A stretch of 64,000 bases of DNA from an uncultured Pseudomonadota bacterium. Lineage in GTDB: Bacteria > Oederibacteriota > Muellerivitia > Muellerivitales > Muellerivitaceae. Made by a program: the position numbers and the translations under genes. Shown in pieces: positions 43,729 to 54,535 of the stretch. The notes beneath the pieces are model-generated. The model worked only from the letters and a program-made list of their open reading frames with translations. It was not told where the DNA came from and did no database searches. Position 1 is the stretch's first letter, and every line of letters begins with the position of its first letter. Where the stretch lies: positions 288,001-352,000 of the forward strand of contig CAWJKT010000011.1 of NCBI GenBank assembly GCA_963843375.1, in the 5' to 3' direction.

Positions 43729-45501
43729 TCAGACTAAAGCCTTCATGGACCAATTGAATTTCTTTTTCGCTTCCGTCATGCACTGGTCGAACACCGCCCG
43801 GGTGCGCAGGAAGCCGTAACGTTCATCTTCAGTTTTAGCAGCGTAGGGCTCCCTTTCCACCACGGCGGCGATAAGAAACCGGGCCTTTGCCGAGGCCAGT
43901 TTGGCCAGCCAGTCGACATATTCATTTTCCACGGCCAGATTTCTGCCGAAGCGGCCCGCGAATTCTATCAAGTGCTCGTCATTCAGGATGGCCTGGCAGA
44001 GCAGGGCCCATAGCAGGTTGCGGGCCCGGCGCATATAGGAGTATTTCTTTTCGCCCTTTTCCATGATTTCCCGGATCAGCCGGGTCAGTCGGTAATGGAC
44101 CTTGTAGCAAAGGATGATCTTCTTGGAGTCGGCTTGGAGCCGCTCCGCGCTGAAAACCTTTCCATAGTCCTTCGCCTCTTCGAAAACCTCCCGGAGGCGG
44201 GACATTTTGTCCAGTTCGCCGTCGGAGGCCTGGAAGGTCTGGGCCAGCTTCAGCATCTCGACCGCCTTTCCTTCCTTGATTTCCATTTCCTCTAAGTCTT
44301 CGGGGGAGAGATTGGAGAAGGCTTTTTCCTGTCGCTCGTAATAAAGGCCAAGATCCTCCCGCAGTTTGTCTTGAAGTTCCAGTTGGATCATGTCGTTGGC
44401 GTGCAGGTTCCAGGGCTTGACAGGGTTTTGCCGGTTGTTGTTAATGGCTACCTCCAGCACGAATTCGTTGCGGGCATCCGTGATGATCTTGCACATGACC
44501 CAGAGTTCCCTTAAGGATCCCTCGCGCTCTTTCAGCGCCGGGTTACCGGCGTAATTGGTCAGGAAGCGGTCGAGGGTGGTGATTGTTTGGGCGCCGTTCA
44601 AAAGGCGTGGCTCTGTGAGGAGGAAACGACCCTTTTCCCGGTCGATCTTCTCAGCGAAAAGCGTGACGCCGTTGTGGTGGAAGGCGAAAACCGCCGGATC
44701 AGATTCCCCCTGGATCACCAAGCGTTCCAGGGCTTCGTAAAGGGATCGGTTGGTGGCGGCATCCTCCGAAAGGCTGGCCCGGATGTTTCGCTCGAAAAAT
44801 CGGTAGTTCATTTCCTTGAACATGGCGTGAAGGTCCATCAGGGGGACGAAGCCCATCCCCATGATCTCGCCAGAGGGGCCGCTGCGTTCCAGGGTTTCGG
44901 CCACATGGACGGGATAACGGTGGGTAACCCGCTGGTGGGCGATGGCCCCCACCTTTTGGGATTGGGCCGAGAGGAACTGGAAGACCATGGTGACGGGGCG
45001 GCCGAAGAATTGGTCGATCAGAAATTTCCGGCTTTCCAAGTCTTCCCGCAGTTTCTCGTAGACCATGCTGTGCTCGGCCTCCTGGGGATCGCCGTTGAAG
45101 ACCAAGTGGATAAATACCCGATCGATGGCACCTTGGTAGTGAAGCATCTGGCTTTTCAACTGCAGGAGAAATTGATCCTCCTGGATGCCGGGAGGGGCCT
45201 GCCCGAAAACCCTGTCCATGCCGACATCTACCAGGCGTTGGAAGGGGACGCGAAACAAGATTTGAGCCTTGGACCAGCGGAACTGGAATAGATAGAGGTT
45301 CTTCAACTGGGGGTCAACGTGGAAGGCGTCCAGGCCAAATTCACTTTTGCCCCAGGCGATCTGTTGGAGGGCTTGTTCCTTGGGAACCTTGTATTCTCGC
45401 TCCAAATAGAGAAGCGCGAAAACATTATCGGGAACGATGCCGGGAGTTTCCTGCAAGGAAAGAAGGGTATTATCCAATTCGGGTTGGTTGATGGTAACCA
45501 T
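43729..45501 (-). CDS. AIPR family protein
   Basis: FERNIR..L, P..F...HNGVT, LLNGAQT, NN.QN.V....L.AND..Q. Confidence 0.85.
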   Translation of the reverse strand: MVTINQPELDNTLLSLQETPGIVPDNVFALLYLEREYKVPKEQALQQIAWGKSEFGLDAFHVDPQLKNLYLFQFRWSKAQILFRVPFQRLVDVGMDRVFGQAPPGIQEDQFLLQLKSQMLHYQGAIDRVFIHLVFNGDPQEAEHSMVYEKLREDLESRKFLIDQFFGRPVTMVFQFLSAQSQKVGAIAHQRVTHRYPVHVAETLERSGPSGEIMGMGFVPLMDLHAMFKEMNYRFFERNIRASLSEDAATNRSLYEALERLVIQGESDPAVFAFHHNGVTLFAEKIDREKGRFLLTEPRLLNGAQTITTLDRFLTNYAGNPALKEREGSLRELWVMCKIITDARNEFVLEVAINNNRQNPVKPWNLHANDMIQLELQDKLREDLGLYYERQEKAFSNLSPEDLEEMEIKEGKAVEMLKLAQTFQASDGELDKMSRLREVFEEAKDYGKVFSAERLQADSKKIILCYKVHYRLTRLIREIMEKGEKKYSYMRRARNLLWALLCQAILNDEHLIEFAGRFGRNLAVENEYVDWLAKLASAKARFLIAAVVEREPYAAKTEDERYGFLRTRAVFDQCMTEAKKKFNWSMKALV

Positions 45502-45879
45502 CTCATCTCCTACTTATCCACATTATAACAGTGGAAGCTTAAAACTATCTAAAGAGAGAAAAAAGCCAATGCGCCCAGACCCTCTCCCTTGAGGTTTGCG
45601 ATTTCCTAAAGGGGTGTTTTAAAACTGGTCCTTTGAAATATTGCACAAAGTATTATTTCAATTCTAGGATGTTGGGTATGAAACTGTCCAAATTGGCTTT
45701 ATCCAACAGCCCTTTCAAATGGCCGGTCCTGATGATAACTGTTGCAGCTTTTACTTATATGACTTATTGGTTTATTTGTTATTCAATCAACTTGTTTTCA
45801 CACTTTTTTTAAAAACTCCGAAGGTTAAAAGCTCGTGGTTCGGGCAACTCCGGGCAAAGCCAATTGAGGGGAGGCTGAA

Positions 45880-47118
45880 AATGGGAGAAGGCCAATACAG
45901 ATGCCCCACTTGTGCCAAACTCTTAACGCGGATACAGGGTTCGCAGGGGCTTTCTTGGACCTGCGAAAACTGTTCCCATTCGATGATCAGCCTTTCGGTC
46001 CTCAAAAAAACAACTGACTCTTCTTTTGTTAATCACCTCTACCAGGAAGCGAAAACGGCCCCCCCGGGGGAAGGGGGCGCCTGTCCTATTTGCACGAAAA
46101 CAATGGTGGCTTTATCGTGGGAAGACAATTCGCTTTCATTCCAAGTATGCGTGTTCTGCGAAATGATTTGGATGGGAATGGCGGAAAAAGCGGCCTTGCC
46201 TCCGGTCTAGGCCCCTGCCGTCACGAGGGGCCTTTCCGAGCTTCCGCCGAAAGCCGCCGAAATGATCGCGCGACTTGATGCCCGAACCTCAAAAGAAAGG
46301 GAGCAGTCCGTTCCTTCCGAATGGGACTGGCTATTTTGGCTGTTTGGACTGCCGACTAAACCCGGCGGGGAAGACTGGGCCCGGTTTCCGCAGATGACGG
46401 TCATGCTGATTGTGGCGACGGTCGTGTTGAGTATTATCTTTCCACTTTCGATTGACGGCCTCATCCTGACTGCTGGAGGAAATCCCTTTACCACTTGGGT
46501 CACTCGTTATGGCTGGTACAACATCCTTTATTTAATCAGCTTCCCATTGAGCAATTTGGTGATCAATTTATATTTTTCGATTTTCTTCGGGGCCAGCGTG
46601 GAAAACAAGGTGGGACCTTATCACTTGTTGACGCTCTTCCTGTTTCCCACGCTGGTGGGCTTGGTGTTCTCCCTTTCGACGGGTTTTCACATGCCGTCGC
46701 TCATCCAGGCCAGCGGGGGTGTGGCGGCCATTATGGTGTTTTTCGCTTTCGCCTTTCCCAAAAGAAAAATTTTTGGCGTTTCGGCAGTTGCCGGGCGGTT
46801 TACCTGGTGGCCTTTTGGTTGTTTTTTGAAATCGTTTTTACGGCGCTACCGATGATAGGCCGATTTGGAATCGGTTACGCGGGTCATTTAATCGGCGCCT
46901 TTTGCGGCTGGGCCTATTGGTTTTTCATGGCAAAAAATGGGGCCTGGGCTGGAACCAGGTTGATCCTTTGCTGGATGAATAAAAAGGGGACTGGCCCAAG
47001 CGTTATATTTTCGGTTTTTTTCAAGCAGGTTATTTTTATGACCAAAAAACCGATCCGTTATAACCCTGCGGAAGTCCGGCTAAAGAAGCTTAAGCGGCTT
47101 TTCAACCCGCCCGGTTGA
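45880..47118 (+). pseudogene. Zn-ribbon + rhomboid-family protease, interrupted (in-frame TAG at 46208-46210, frameshift near 46790)
   Basis: CPTC, CENC, CPIC and CVFC pairs; N.YF..FFG.SVE; ASGG..A.M and AGHL.G; the breaks may be assembly errors. Confidence 0.65.
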
Positions 47119-47695
47119 GATTCTTCGGGACGGCTAGTAGGGTGAAGTTTTTCACTTTGCCCCAAACCTTCTTGAAGTTCACTAGCGGCATGGCGACCTC
47201 GCCCCGAACCGGGTCCAGCAGAACAATGGCATTCGTGCCTTCGTCATAACCCACCGCCAAAACATAATGGTTCTTGCCCGCTCCGTCGCCTTCGATCATG
47301 ACGATCAAAGGCCGCCTCAGATCCAAATGGCGGTAAAGCCCCGAAACTTTACGGTCCAATGTGCCCGAAAAGACCGCCACGAAATAGCCCTGTTCCTCCA
47401 AGACCTTCTTCAAAGTCGATCCGGGAATGCCCTCTTCTTGTTTCGCTTCCTTCTTTAACTGTGTTTCCTGCTGGGCTGTCAGGAGGACATTGTAATAGCG
47501 AGTCAGCATTTCCAAAGCCACTTCGCCACAAAGGTTGGGAGTGGTTTGGCGAACAACGGGAAGATCCAACAGAACGGCTTGGTCGGAAAGCGTCTTCATG
47601 CCGGAGTTGGTAGCGCAGCCCAGTGAAATTAAAACGAGAGCTAAGGACAAAGCGGCCCAGGTAAATTTTTTGCGAAGAAAAATCGTAAAGTTCAA
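47102..47695 (-). CDS. C39-like cysteine peptidase lipoprotein
   Basis: ISLGC lipobox; Q.TPNLCG, RPLIV, HYV..VGYD, DP..G. Confidence 0.85.
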   Translation of the reverse strand: MNFTIFLRKKFTWAALSLALVLISLGCATNSGMKTLSDQAVLLDLPVVRQTTPNLCGEVALEMLTRYYNVLLTAQQETQLKKEAKQEEGIPGSTLKKVLEEQGYFVAVFSGTLDRKVSGLYRHLDLRRPLIVMIEGDGAGKNHYVLAVGYDEGTNAIVLLDPVRGEVAMPLVNFKKVWGKVKNFTLLAVPKNLNRAG

Positions 47696-47955
47696 AGTTT
47701 TCCACTTTCGTCCCTCGAGATCAATTTGAGAGGAGTCTTAAGTGTAACGGGGCGGAGGTTAAATAAAAAGAGCGCGAAATATTTTTTGAAAAACGAATCG
47801 ATCAAAATGATAGCGGTGAAAATAAAAACGTCGGTCGTATATGTATTTCCATCCAAAGCTCGTACAGTCAATGAAAGGCAGCAAGCCAAAGCGCGGGAGA
47901 TGCGGGTTAAAAACGCGCGGAGTAAAAGATTTTAGTTCAAGAGAAGGAGGACGCG

Positions 47956-48294
47956 ATGAAAAACATGATTGTTTTTATGGCGGCTTTTTGTTTTGGGTTG
48001 ATGGGTTTTTCGGAAAAAGTAATGGCGGGTCCCGTGCCGGTATCGGCGCAGGAAATTTCCCAATTGAACGCCTTGGCCGGTCACGACGCTCTTTTGCCCC
48101 TGAAGGCAGGAGGCTCTTTTCCCAACGCGCCGATCGCCTTAGAGGCGACAGAAGAATCTTCCCTGAGAAACCTGGAAGCGGGATCTCCCCACTTGAGTTC
48201 GTTAAAAGCCGGGGATGGAGCGGGACAGGTGCTGGTCTGGGTCATCGTGATCTGCGTTTGCGTGGTTTTATTACGGTTCGTGGGCATTCTTTAA
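47956..48294 (+). CDS. Small exported protein with hydrophobic C-terminal tail (PA2779-like architecture)
   Basis: AGGAGG RBS; signal peptide; LKAGG and LKAGD motifs; C-terminal TM segment. Confidence 0.7.
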   Translation: MKNMIVFMAAFCFGLMGFSEKVMAGPVPVSAQEISQLNALAGHDALLPLKAGGSFPNAPIALEATEESSLRNLEAGSPHLSSLKAGDGAGQVLVWVIVICVCVVLLRFVGIL

Positions 48295-48445
48295 AAGGCT
48301 CGTCGCGTGAGAAAGGGACAATCCCATGCGAAAATTTTCCAATGAGAACCCCTTGCTCATTTTTATCCGGGCCAAAACAAGATTCTTGGAGGATGAGGCG
48401 GGTTGAAGGGCCGGACCCATATAACTGGTTGCCCGTGGAATGAAA

Positions 48446-49591
48446 TCAGTCGCCCTCGGATATCGAGGCATTATAAGCATTTCCCTGGGCATCGAACAGG
48501 TCGTAAGACCCGTCGTTTAAAGTCAGGATGATCTCCAGGGGCCTGCCGTTGTTAGCGTCGGAATACTCGATATTTTGGACGCCCGAAGCCAGGTAAATGG
48601 GGCCAAAGGCAGGCGGTTTCGTCAAATCGTACAAAAAGGCGTCGCCGTTGTCCTTCGTGATTTTGACCCTTCTCTTGCCGTCCAAGCTGTTAAATACCAT
48701 GTCACTGGGCATTTCGGAAGCGGCGACGATAATTTCATCGTCTGCGGAATTAACGGGAATGAAACCGTCGCCATCGTAACAATAAAGATCGCCCACGTGA
48801 TAGGGATCCTGCCACCACCAATAGTTATCGTTATAGAAACACCAGCGGTTAAAACGGGTGTCATACCACCACCAACGGCCGTCGTAATTGCGGGCCCAGA
48901 AATACTGGCCGCCCATGTACCAGCCGTACCATTGGTATCCCGAGTTGTCGATATAGTGGGTATAGTCGAAGCCGGTGACCCCGTGCCAATAAACATAGTC
49001 TTTTTGGGTTTCGAGGGAACTTTCCCGTGCGATGAGATCCAGAAATTCCGGGCGGGTCACAGCCTCCATCTGATTTCGAACGACACTGCTGTTGAAATCA
49101 AGGGGAGAAACCAAGGACGCCTTGATCGTTTCGCCTTTGGGGCCGGTCCTGGGATAAGAAATGGTGGAATGGGCACGGTCCGTGGAAACGATCTCCGAAC
49201 GATTGGTAATGATGCTGGGTTCGGTTCTCACGCCGATTTTGGACAACTGTTTTCGGATGTAACGCTGATGGGCGGCGGGAGGATGGACCAGAAAAGCATC
49301 CTGCCCTCCGGTGCCAAGAACATCCTCCAAAGGTTGAACTGCCAGGACTTTTTGATCTGGCATCTTTCCGTACTTGGGGTGGGGAACCAGTAACCAGTTC
49401 AAGAACAGTTTACTGTAAGACGGCTTTTTCCCGATCCGAAAGGGGCCGGGCTGGTCTGGATAATTCATGTAAATCACCAGGGGCTTGCGGGCGGACTCTT
49501 TTCCCTCTTTTTCACCCGGGTTTTGGGCGGCACAGAGGGACCATCCGAGAAAAAAAAACGGAATCCACGGTAAAGTTTTTATTTTTTTCAT
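48446..49591 (-). CDS. Hypothetical secreted protein with Trp/Tyr-rich segment
   Basis: Signal peptide; WYGWY...WWWYD...WWWQDP. Confidence 0.65.
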   Translation of the reverse strand: MKKIKTLPWIPFFFLGWSLCAAQNPGEKEGKESARKPLVIYMNYPDQPGPFRIGKKPSYSKLFLNWLLVPHPKYGKMPDQKVLAVQPLEDVLGTGGQDAFLVHPPAAHQRYIRKQLSKIGVRTEPSIITNRSEIVSTDRAHSTISYPRTGPKGETIKASLVSPLDFNSSVVRNQMEAVTRPEFLDLIARESSLETQKDYVYWHGVTGFDYTHYIDNSGYQWYGWYMGGQYFWARNYDGRWWWYDTRFNRWCFYNDNYWWWQDPYHVGDLYCYDGDGFIPVNSADDEIIVAASEMPSDMVFNSLDGKRRVKITKDNGDAFLYDLTKPPAFGPIYLASGVQNIEYSDANNGRPLEIILTLNDGSYDLFDAQGNAYNASISEGD

Positions 49592-49974
49592 GTCATGCTC
49601 AAGGGGCCGGAACCGAAATAGGCGATCAAAAGAGCCGCCCCCAAAAGGGCCAGATTCTTTTCAAAATTCGCCATTTCAGTCATTTTCGTGTGGGGGTCTT
49701 TTTGGGTCCAAAAATTGTGGATGGTGAAGGTCACCGGAACCAAAAAGAGGACGATCAACCAGGCACCGAACCGGGAGTGAAATCCAAAGACGATCAAGAC
49801 TCCTCCAATGAGTTCCATCAGGCCCGACGCCATGACCAGCCATTCGGGCACCGGAAGGCCTTTCGATTTAACGTAAGAGGCGAGTAACTTCTTTTGAAAA
49901 GTGATGTGTCCGAACCCGCTCGTGATGAAAAGAAAACCGAAAAAAACCCGTCCCAACAATACGACGAAATCCAT
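49588..49974 (-). CDS. DoxX family membrane protein
   Basis: LLGR..F...F..SG..H, E..GG, H.FW, F.KNLAL.G. Confidence 0.9.
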   Translation of the reverse strand: MDFVVLLGRVFFGFLFITSGFGHITFQKKLLASYVKSKGLPVPEWLVMASGLMELIGGVLIVFGFHSRFGAWLIVLFLVPVTFTIHNFWTQKDPHTKMTEMANFEKNLALLGAALLIAYFGSGPLSMT

Positions 49975-50013
49975 ATTACCCCCTTGTTTTGTCTCTCGTA
50001 ACCCGGTGAATAC

Positions 50014-50166
50014 TTAACTCTTCATTTTTCTTTTGGCCGCCGCGTAGGCGATCGCGATGATCTGGTCGCGCCCGCGTTTTTGACCCATGGGCTTAGAATC
50101 GTTGGCGTGGTACAACTCGGCAATGTTGGCTTGAACCGCCTTTTTCCCGCCCTTTTTCAGCGGCAA
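50014..50166 (-). CDS. Small basic protein (50 aa), absent from the ORF track
   Basis: Hand translation MPLKKGGKKAVQANIAELYHANDSKPMGQKRGRDQIIAIAYAAAKRKMKS; TTG start with GAGG RBS; overlaps the SOD stop. Confidence 0.7.
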   Translation of the reverse strand: MPLKKGGKKAVQANIAELYHANDSKPMGQKRGRDQIIAIAYAAAKRKMKS

Positions 50167-50774
50167 TTTAAAACCTCGGGGATGAACTTCCCTTCAAAAT
50201 TCATTTCCGCGAAATGCCAGTTAAGGACCTTCCAGAAAGCATCAACGTATTTGGCTCGGGCGTTGCGGTAATCGATGTAGTAGGCGTGCTCCCAGACGTC
50301 GCAGGTGAAAAGAGGTTTGTGGGCGCCGGTCAAAGGAGTGGAGGCGTTCGTGGTAATCTCGATTACCAGTTTTTTGTTGGCTGGGTTCAGCGAAAGCCAG
50401 GCCCAGCCGGAGCCGAATTCACCAAGAGCGGCCTCGTTGAATTTTTTCTCGAATTCGACGCGGGATCCGAAGCTTTTGTTGATGGCCTGGGCCAAGGGTC
50501 CCGAGGGAGACTGGTTTTTCTCGGGAGAAACGCTGTTCCAGTAAAAAGTATGGTTCCAATGCTGAGCCGCGTTGTTGAAAAGGGGTCCGGTGGCCTTTTT
50601 CACCAGGGCCTCCAGTTCCAAACCCTCGTTTTTGGTGCCCGCCACTAGCTTATTCAGGTTGTCCACGTAACCCTGGTGGTGCTTCCCGTAGTGATACTCA
50701 AAAGTCTCGGCGCTGATGTGCGGCGCCAAGGCATCCTTGGCGTAAGGCAATGGGGGCAACTCGAACTTTGACAT
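50157..50774 (-). CDS. sodB: Fe/Mn superoxide dismutase (Fe-type features)
   Basis: H.GKHH..YV, FNNAAQ.WNH.FYW, FGSGWAW, DVWEHAYY.DY.N.R. Confidence 0.93.
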   Translation of the reverse strand: MSKFELPPLPYAKDALAPHISAETFEYHYGKHHQGYVDNLNKLVAGTKNEGLELEALVKKATGPLFNNAAQHWNHTFYWNSVSPEKNQSPSGPLAQAINKSFGSRVEFEKKFNEAALGEFGSGWAWLSLNPANKKLVIEITTNASTPLTGAHKPLFTCDVWEHAYYIDYRNARAKYVDAFWKVLNWHFAEMNFEGKFIPEVLNCR

Positions 50775-50805
50775 GAAGTCTCCTTTGAATGACGTTGTTA
50801 AATTT

Positions 50806-51021
50806 TTACTGCAGATTTTCCTTCACCGCTTTTTCCGCTTCGAACCAATCGTTCAACTGATAATCCGAATTGGAATCACGCCCGCGGTTCAACCCGATGA
50901 AATAAGCGGCTTCTTCGATCTGTTGTTGCGTCTCATCCTCATCTTCGGCGGCCAGTTTGGGTGCCTTCTCTTCGATGGGGATTTGTTCTGCCGGATTGGT
51001 TTTATGCCTGCTCATGTCCAC
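50806..51021 (-). CDS. DUF2934-like small protein
   Basis: I...AY.....RG......DW..AE motif. Confidence 0.8.
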   Translation of the reverse strand: MDMSRHKTNPAEQIPIEEKAPKLAAEDEDETQQQIEEAAYFIGLNRGRDSNSDYQLNDWFEAEKAVKENLQ

Positions 51022-51074
51022 ATCCTTAACCTTGATTTTGGTCCAAGCGGGCTTGGATCACCCTTTAACAGAAG

Positions 51075-51089
51075 GCAAGAAACAAGCCG
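51075..51089 (-). promoter_or_regulatory. Sigma54 -24/-12 promoter-like site CGGCTTGTTTCTTGC
   Basis: GG-N10-GC with TTGC, upstream of the DUF2934/SOD genes. Confidence 0.6.
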
Positions 51090-51141
51090 CATATCTCTAC
51101 CTGAAAAAACATTAAATCCTTTTAAAATTTTCGGCATATCT

Positions 51142-51174
51142 ATCAAAACGATAGTTCTTAATTCCCGTTTTGAT
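51142..51174. promoter_or_regulatory. Inverted repeat ATCAAAACG-N15-CGTTTTGAT (putative enhancer)
   Basis: Same motif and spacing at 60826 and 62649. Confidence 0.7.
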
Positions 51175-51365
51175 TTTCCTAAATCGATTTTTGGGCGGTT
51201 CCGGCGCGGTTCAAAAAATGAAAATAAAAATCCTCTGGGGTTGGATTTCAAAAGGATTCGGAGGGTAAGATGCAGAATCGAACAAATTCGGCCAAGGAAT
51301 CATCCTGAGAAATAAGAAAAGGGAAAAAGGCCTTTTCGCCCTTATTCCCCCCGGCACACCACCCA

Positions 51366-52301
51366 ATGAATGAAGCTCTCGATTCCGTTTTTCATTCCGA
51401 GTCGGTCCAGGCGGCGGCAATTTCCAATCTGTTCATCCTGGTTCTGATAGTCTGCGCGGTTATCCTTTTAATCGTCACCGCGATGGTGGGTTCCAGCCTG
51501 ATCCGCTTCCGGCATAAGCCGGGATATCCAAACCCCCAGCCCCGACATGGAAATTGGAAACTGGAAACCACTTGGACGGTTCTGCCGTTTCTTCTGCTCC
51601 TCTGGCTTCTCACCCTCACCGCCAAGGGTATGAAAGAGTCCGATCCTTTTTCAGACCAGAAACCCGATCTTTTCATCGTCAGCCACCAATGGTGGTGGGA
51701 GGCGCGGTATCCCCGAAGAGGAGTGGTGACGGCTAATGAGATCCATATCCCAGTCGGGGTCCGGTGGCTGGTCGATCTGGAATCAGCAGATGTCATCCAC
51801 GATTTTTGGGTGCCCCGGTTGGCGCCTAAAATGGACGTTGTGCCGGGCCATCCGAACCGCCTCTGGCTGGAAGCGGACATGCCGGGTAGTTACCTAGGTA
51901 CCTGTTCGGAATTTTGCGGGGCCCAGCACGCCCAAATGCACTTTCTGGTCATCGCCCAGAGCGCTCCCGAATTTGAGGCTTGGCAGGAGATGCAGGTAAA
52001 GCCGGCCTCCCCCAAGCTGGCCGAACCGGCCCAGGAAGGTTCGCGAATCTTCCAGCAAATGACCTGCGTCAACTGCCACACCATCAACGGCACCCAAGCG
52101 AAGGGCCAAACAGCTCCCGACCTTACCCACTTCGGGAGCCGACAAACCTTAGGCGCGGTACTTCTCCCGAACACACCCGAAAACCTTTCGCGGTGGCTTA
52201 AGAATCCACAGGAAGTAAAACCCGCCGTACTGATGCCCGACTTGAAGCTTACTGACGTCCAAGTCAGCGGCTTGACGGCCTATTTGGAGGCGCTCCAATG
52301 A
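51366..52301 (+). CDS. coxB: Cytochrome c oxidase subunit II with fused cytochrome c (caa3-type)
   Basis: HQWWW, DVIHDFW, CSEFCG.QH..M CuA site; CVNCH heme motif. Confidence 0.95.
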   Translation: MNEALDSVFHSESVQAAAISNLFILVLIVCAVILLIVTAMVGSSLIRFRHKPGYPNPQPRHGNWKLETTWTVLPFLLLLWLLTLTAKGMKESDPFSDQKPDLFIVSHQWWWEARYPRRGVVTANEIHIPVGVRWLVDLESADVIHDFWVPRLAPKMDVVPGHPNRLWLEADMPGSYLGTCSEFCGAQHAQMHFLVIAQSAPEFEAWQEMQVKPASPKLAEPAQEGSRIFQQMTCVNCHTINGTQAKGQTAPDLTHFGSRQTLGAVLLPNTPENLSRWLKNPQEVKPAVLMPDLKLTDVQVSGLTAYLEALQ

Positions 52302-54535
52302 CCGAAACCCCTTCCAGCCCGCCCTTGGTGGAAATTTTCCACGCCTCCAAAACGGGGAACGGTTTTTTCAGCTGGGTCGCCACGGTGGACCATAAACGCA
52401 TCGGCATCCTTTACCTGCTGACCGCCTTCTTTTTTTTCGGCGTGGGCGGGTTGGAAGCGCTAGTGATGCGCCTGCAATTGGCCAGGCCCAACAACCGGCT
52501 GCTTTCCCCGGACGCCTATGACCAGCTTTTCACCATGCATGGAACCACCATGATCTTTTTGGTGGTGATGCCCACCCTTATCGGCCTGGCCAACTATTTT
52601 GTGCCCCTGATGATCGGGGCCCGCGAAATGGCGTTTCCCCGGTTGAATGCTATGGGATACTGGTTTCTTCCTTTCGGCGGCCTGCTTTTGCACTTCAGCC
52701 TTTTGGCGGGGGGAGCCCCCTCGGTGGGATGGTTCAGCTATGCGCCCTTAAGCGAGACACCCTTCGCCTCCAGTCCCGGGGTGGACTACTGGATTTTGGC
52801 CCTCTTCGCGCTCGGGATCGGCTCTATCTCCGCCTCCATCAACCTGATCGCTACCATACTGGCCTTTCGGGCTCCCGGAATGTCCATCCGGCGCCTGCCC
52901 TTGTTCGTGTGGATGGTATTCGTCAATTCCTTCCTACTTATATTGGCCATTCCGGCCTTGAATGCCGCCATTATCATGTTGTTCATCGATCGCCAACTGG
53001 ACGCCCATTATTTCCTTCCATCACACGGCGGCTCGGCCCTGCTCTGGCAGCATTTTTTCTGGACCTTCGGCCATCCCGAGGTCTACATCATGGTCCTGCC
53101 CGCTTTCGGGATCATCTCGGAGGTTATTCCGGTCTTTCGCCCGTAAACCCATCTTCGGCTACGAGTTCGTGGCCGCCTCCACCGTGGCCATCGCCCTGCT
53201 GAGCTTCGGGGTCTGGGCCCACCATATGTTCGCGGTGGGGCTGGGGCAGCCCATGGACATCTTCTTCGCGGCCTCCAGCATGATGATCGCAGTTCCCACG
53301 GGGGTAAAGGTATTCAACTGGAGCGCGACCCTTTGGGGCGGGTCGATCCACCTGACCACCTCCATGCTCTTCGCGGTGGCTTTCCTTTTGCAGTTCACCC
53401 TCGGGGGATTAAGCGGCATCACCTTCGCGGTGGTGCCGATCGATTGGCAGGTCACCGACACCTATTACGTGGTCGCCCATTTCCATTACGTCCTTTTCGG
53501 CGGCTCGCTCTTTCGGCGTGTTTGCGGGCATTTATTATTGGTTTCCCAAGATGACCGGGCGGCTGCTGTCCGAAAGGGTAGGGCAGCTTCATTTCTGGCT
53601 GACGGTCATCGGTTTCAATATGGCTTTTTTCGTCCAGCATTTCCTGGGGCTTATGGGCATGACAAGGCGGGTCTACACTTATCCGAATCTACCAGGTTGG
53701 GGGCTTTTAAACCTCATCTCCACGGTAGGGGCCTTCATCCTGGGCTTATCGGTTTTGGTTTTGGTCTGGAATATAGCGCTCAGCCTGCGACAGGGCGCCC
53801 CGGCGGGGGATAATCCCTGGAATGCCTGGACCCTGGAATGGGCCGCCTCCTCGCCGCCGCTGGAACAAAATTTCGACCAACTGCCTCCCATTCATGGCCG
53901 TCGGCCCCTTTGGGACCTGGTCCATCCCGAAAACCCGGATGAACCCGATGCGTTTCCGGTGAAAAGACCGGAAAGGGACAGAAAAGGGAAAAAAATAAAG
54001 CCGGGCATGATGTGCTTTATCGCTTCCGAGGCGTTTTTTTTCGTCATGCTTTTGATCGCTTATATCTTTTACAATTTTTCCCAACATCCAAACTTGGGCG
54101 CCCAATGGTTGAATCCCTTGAAAACCGGGCATCTTTACCTTTTGTCTTTTGGCCAGCAGTTTAACTTACTGGCGGGCTGAAAAAAGATTTATGTCCCGGT
54201 GACCAAGAGGCTTTATCGCCTGGCTGGCCGCCACCCTGGCGCTTGGTTGCGTCTTCCTGACGGGCCAGGGCCTGGAGTATTTCGAACTTTTCCAGAAAGG
54301 TTTGAGGGCTGGAACCGATCTCTTCAGTGCTTCTTTTTTCATGGTGACGGGTTTACATGGCCTCCATGTTCTGATCGGACTGATCGGTCTTTTGATCATC
54401 TTGGCGTTTGCCCTGGCGGGTGATTTTAAAAAGGGCAAAACCGAAATGGTCAAGACGATGGGCCTCTATTGGCATTTCGTGGACGCGGTTTGGATCGCCG
54501 TCTTTACGACCATTTATCTGGTAGGGGTCACGAAC
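52298..54535 (+). CDS. coxA: Cytochrome c oxidase subunit I (A1-type), apparently continuing into subunit III; multiple frameshifts
   Basis: DHKRIG, HGT.M, FGHPEVY, WAHHMF, VAHFHY; then [23 protein letters not shown]. Confidence 0.88.

Noticed and set aside
47801..47833. ATCAAAATG as another enhancer copy
   Set aside because: Only one half-site; no matching arm at N15
4096..54202. In-frame stops (TGA 4096, TAG 46208, TGA ~54200) as stop-codon recoding
   Set aside because: TGA and TAG end many genes normally here (e.g. 2855, 11332, 4362, 27670); nearby compensating indels or a single substitution explain them
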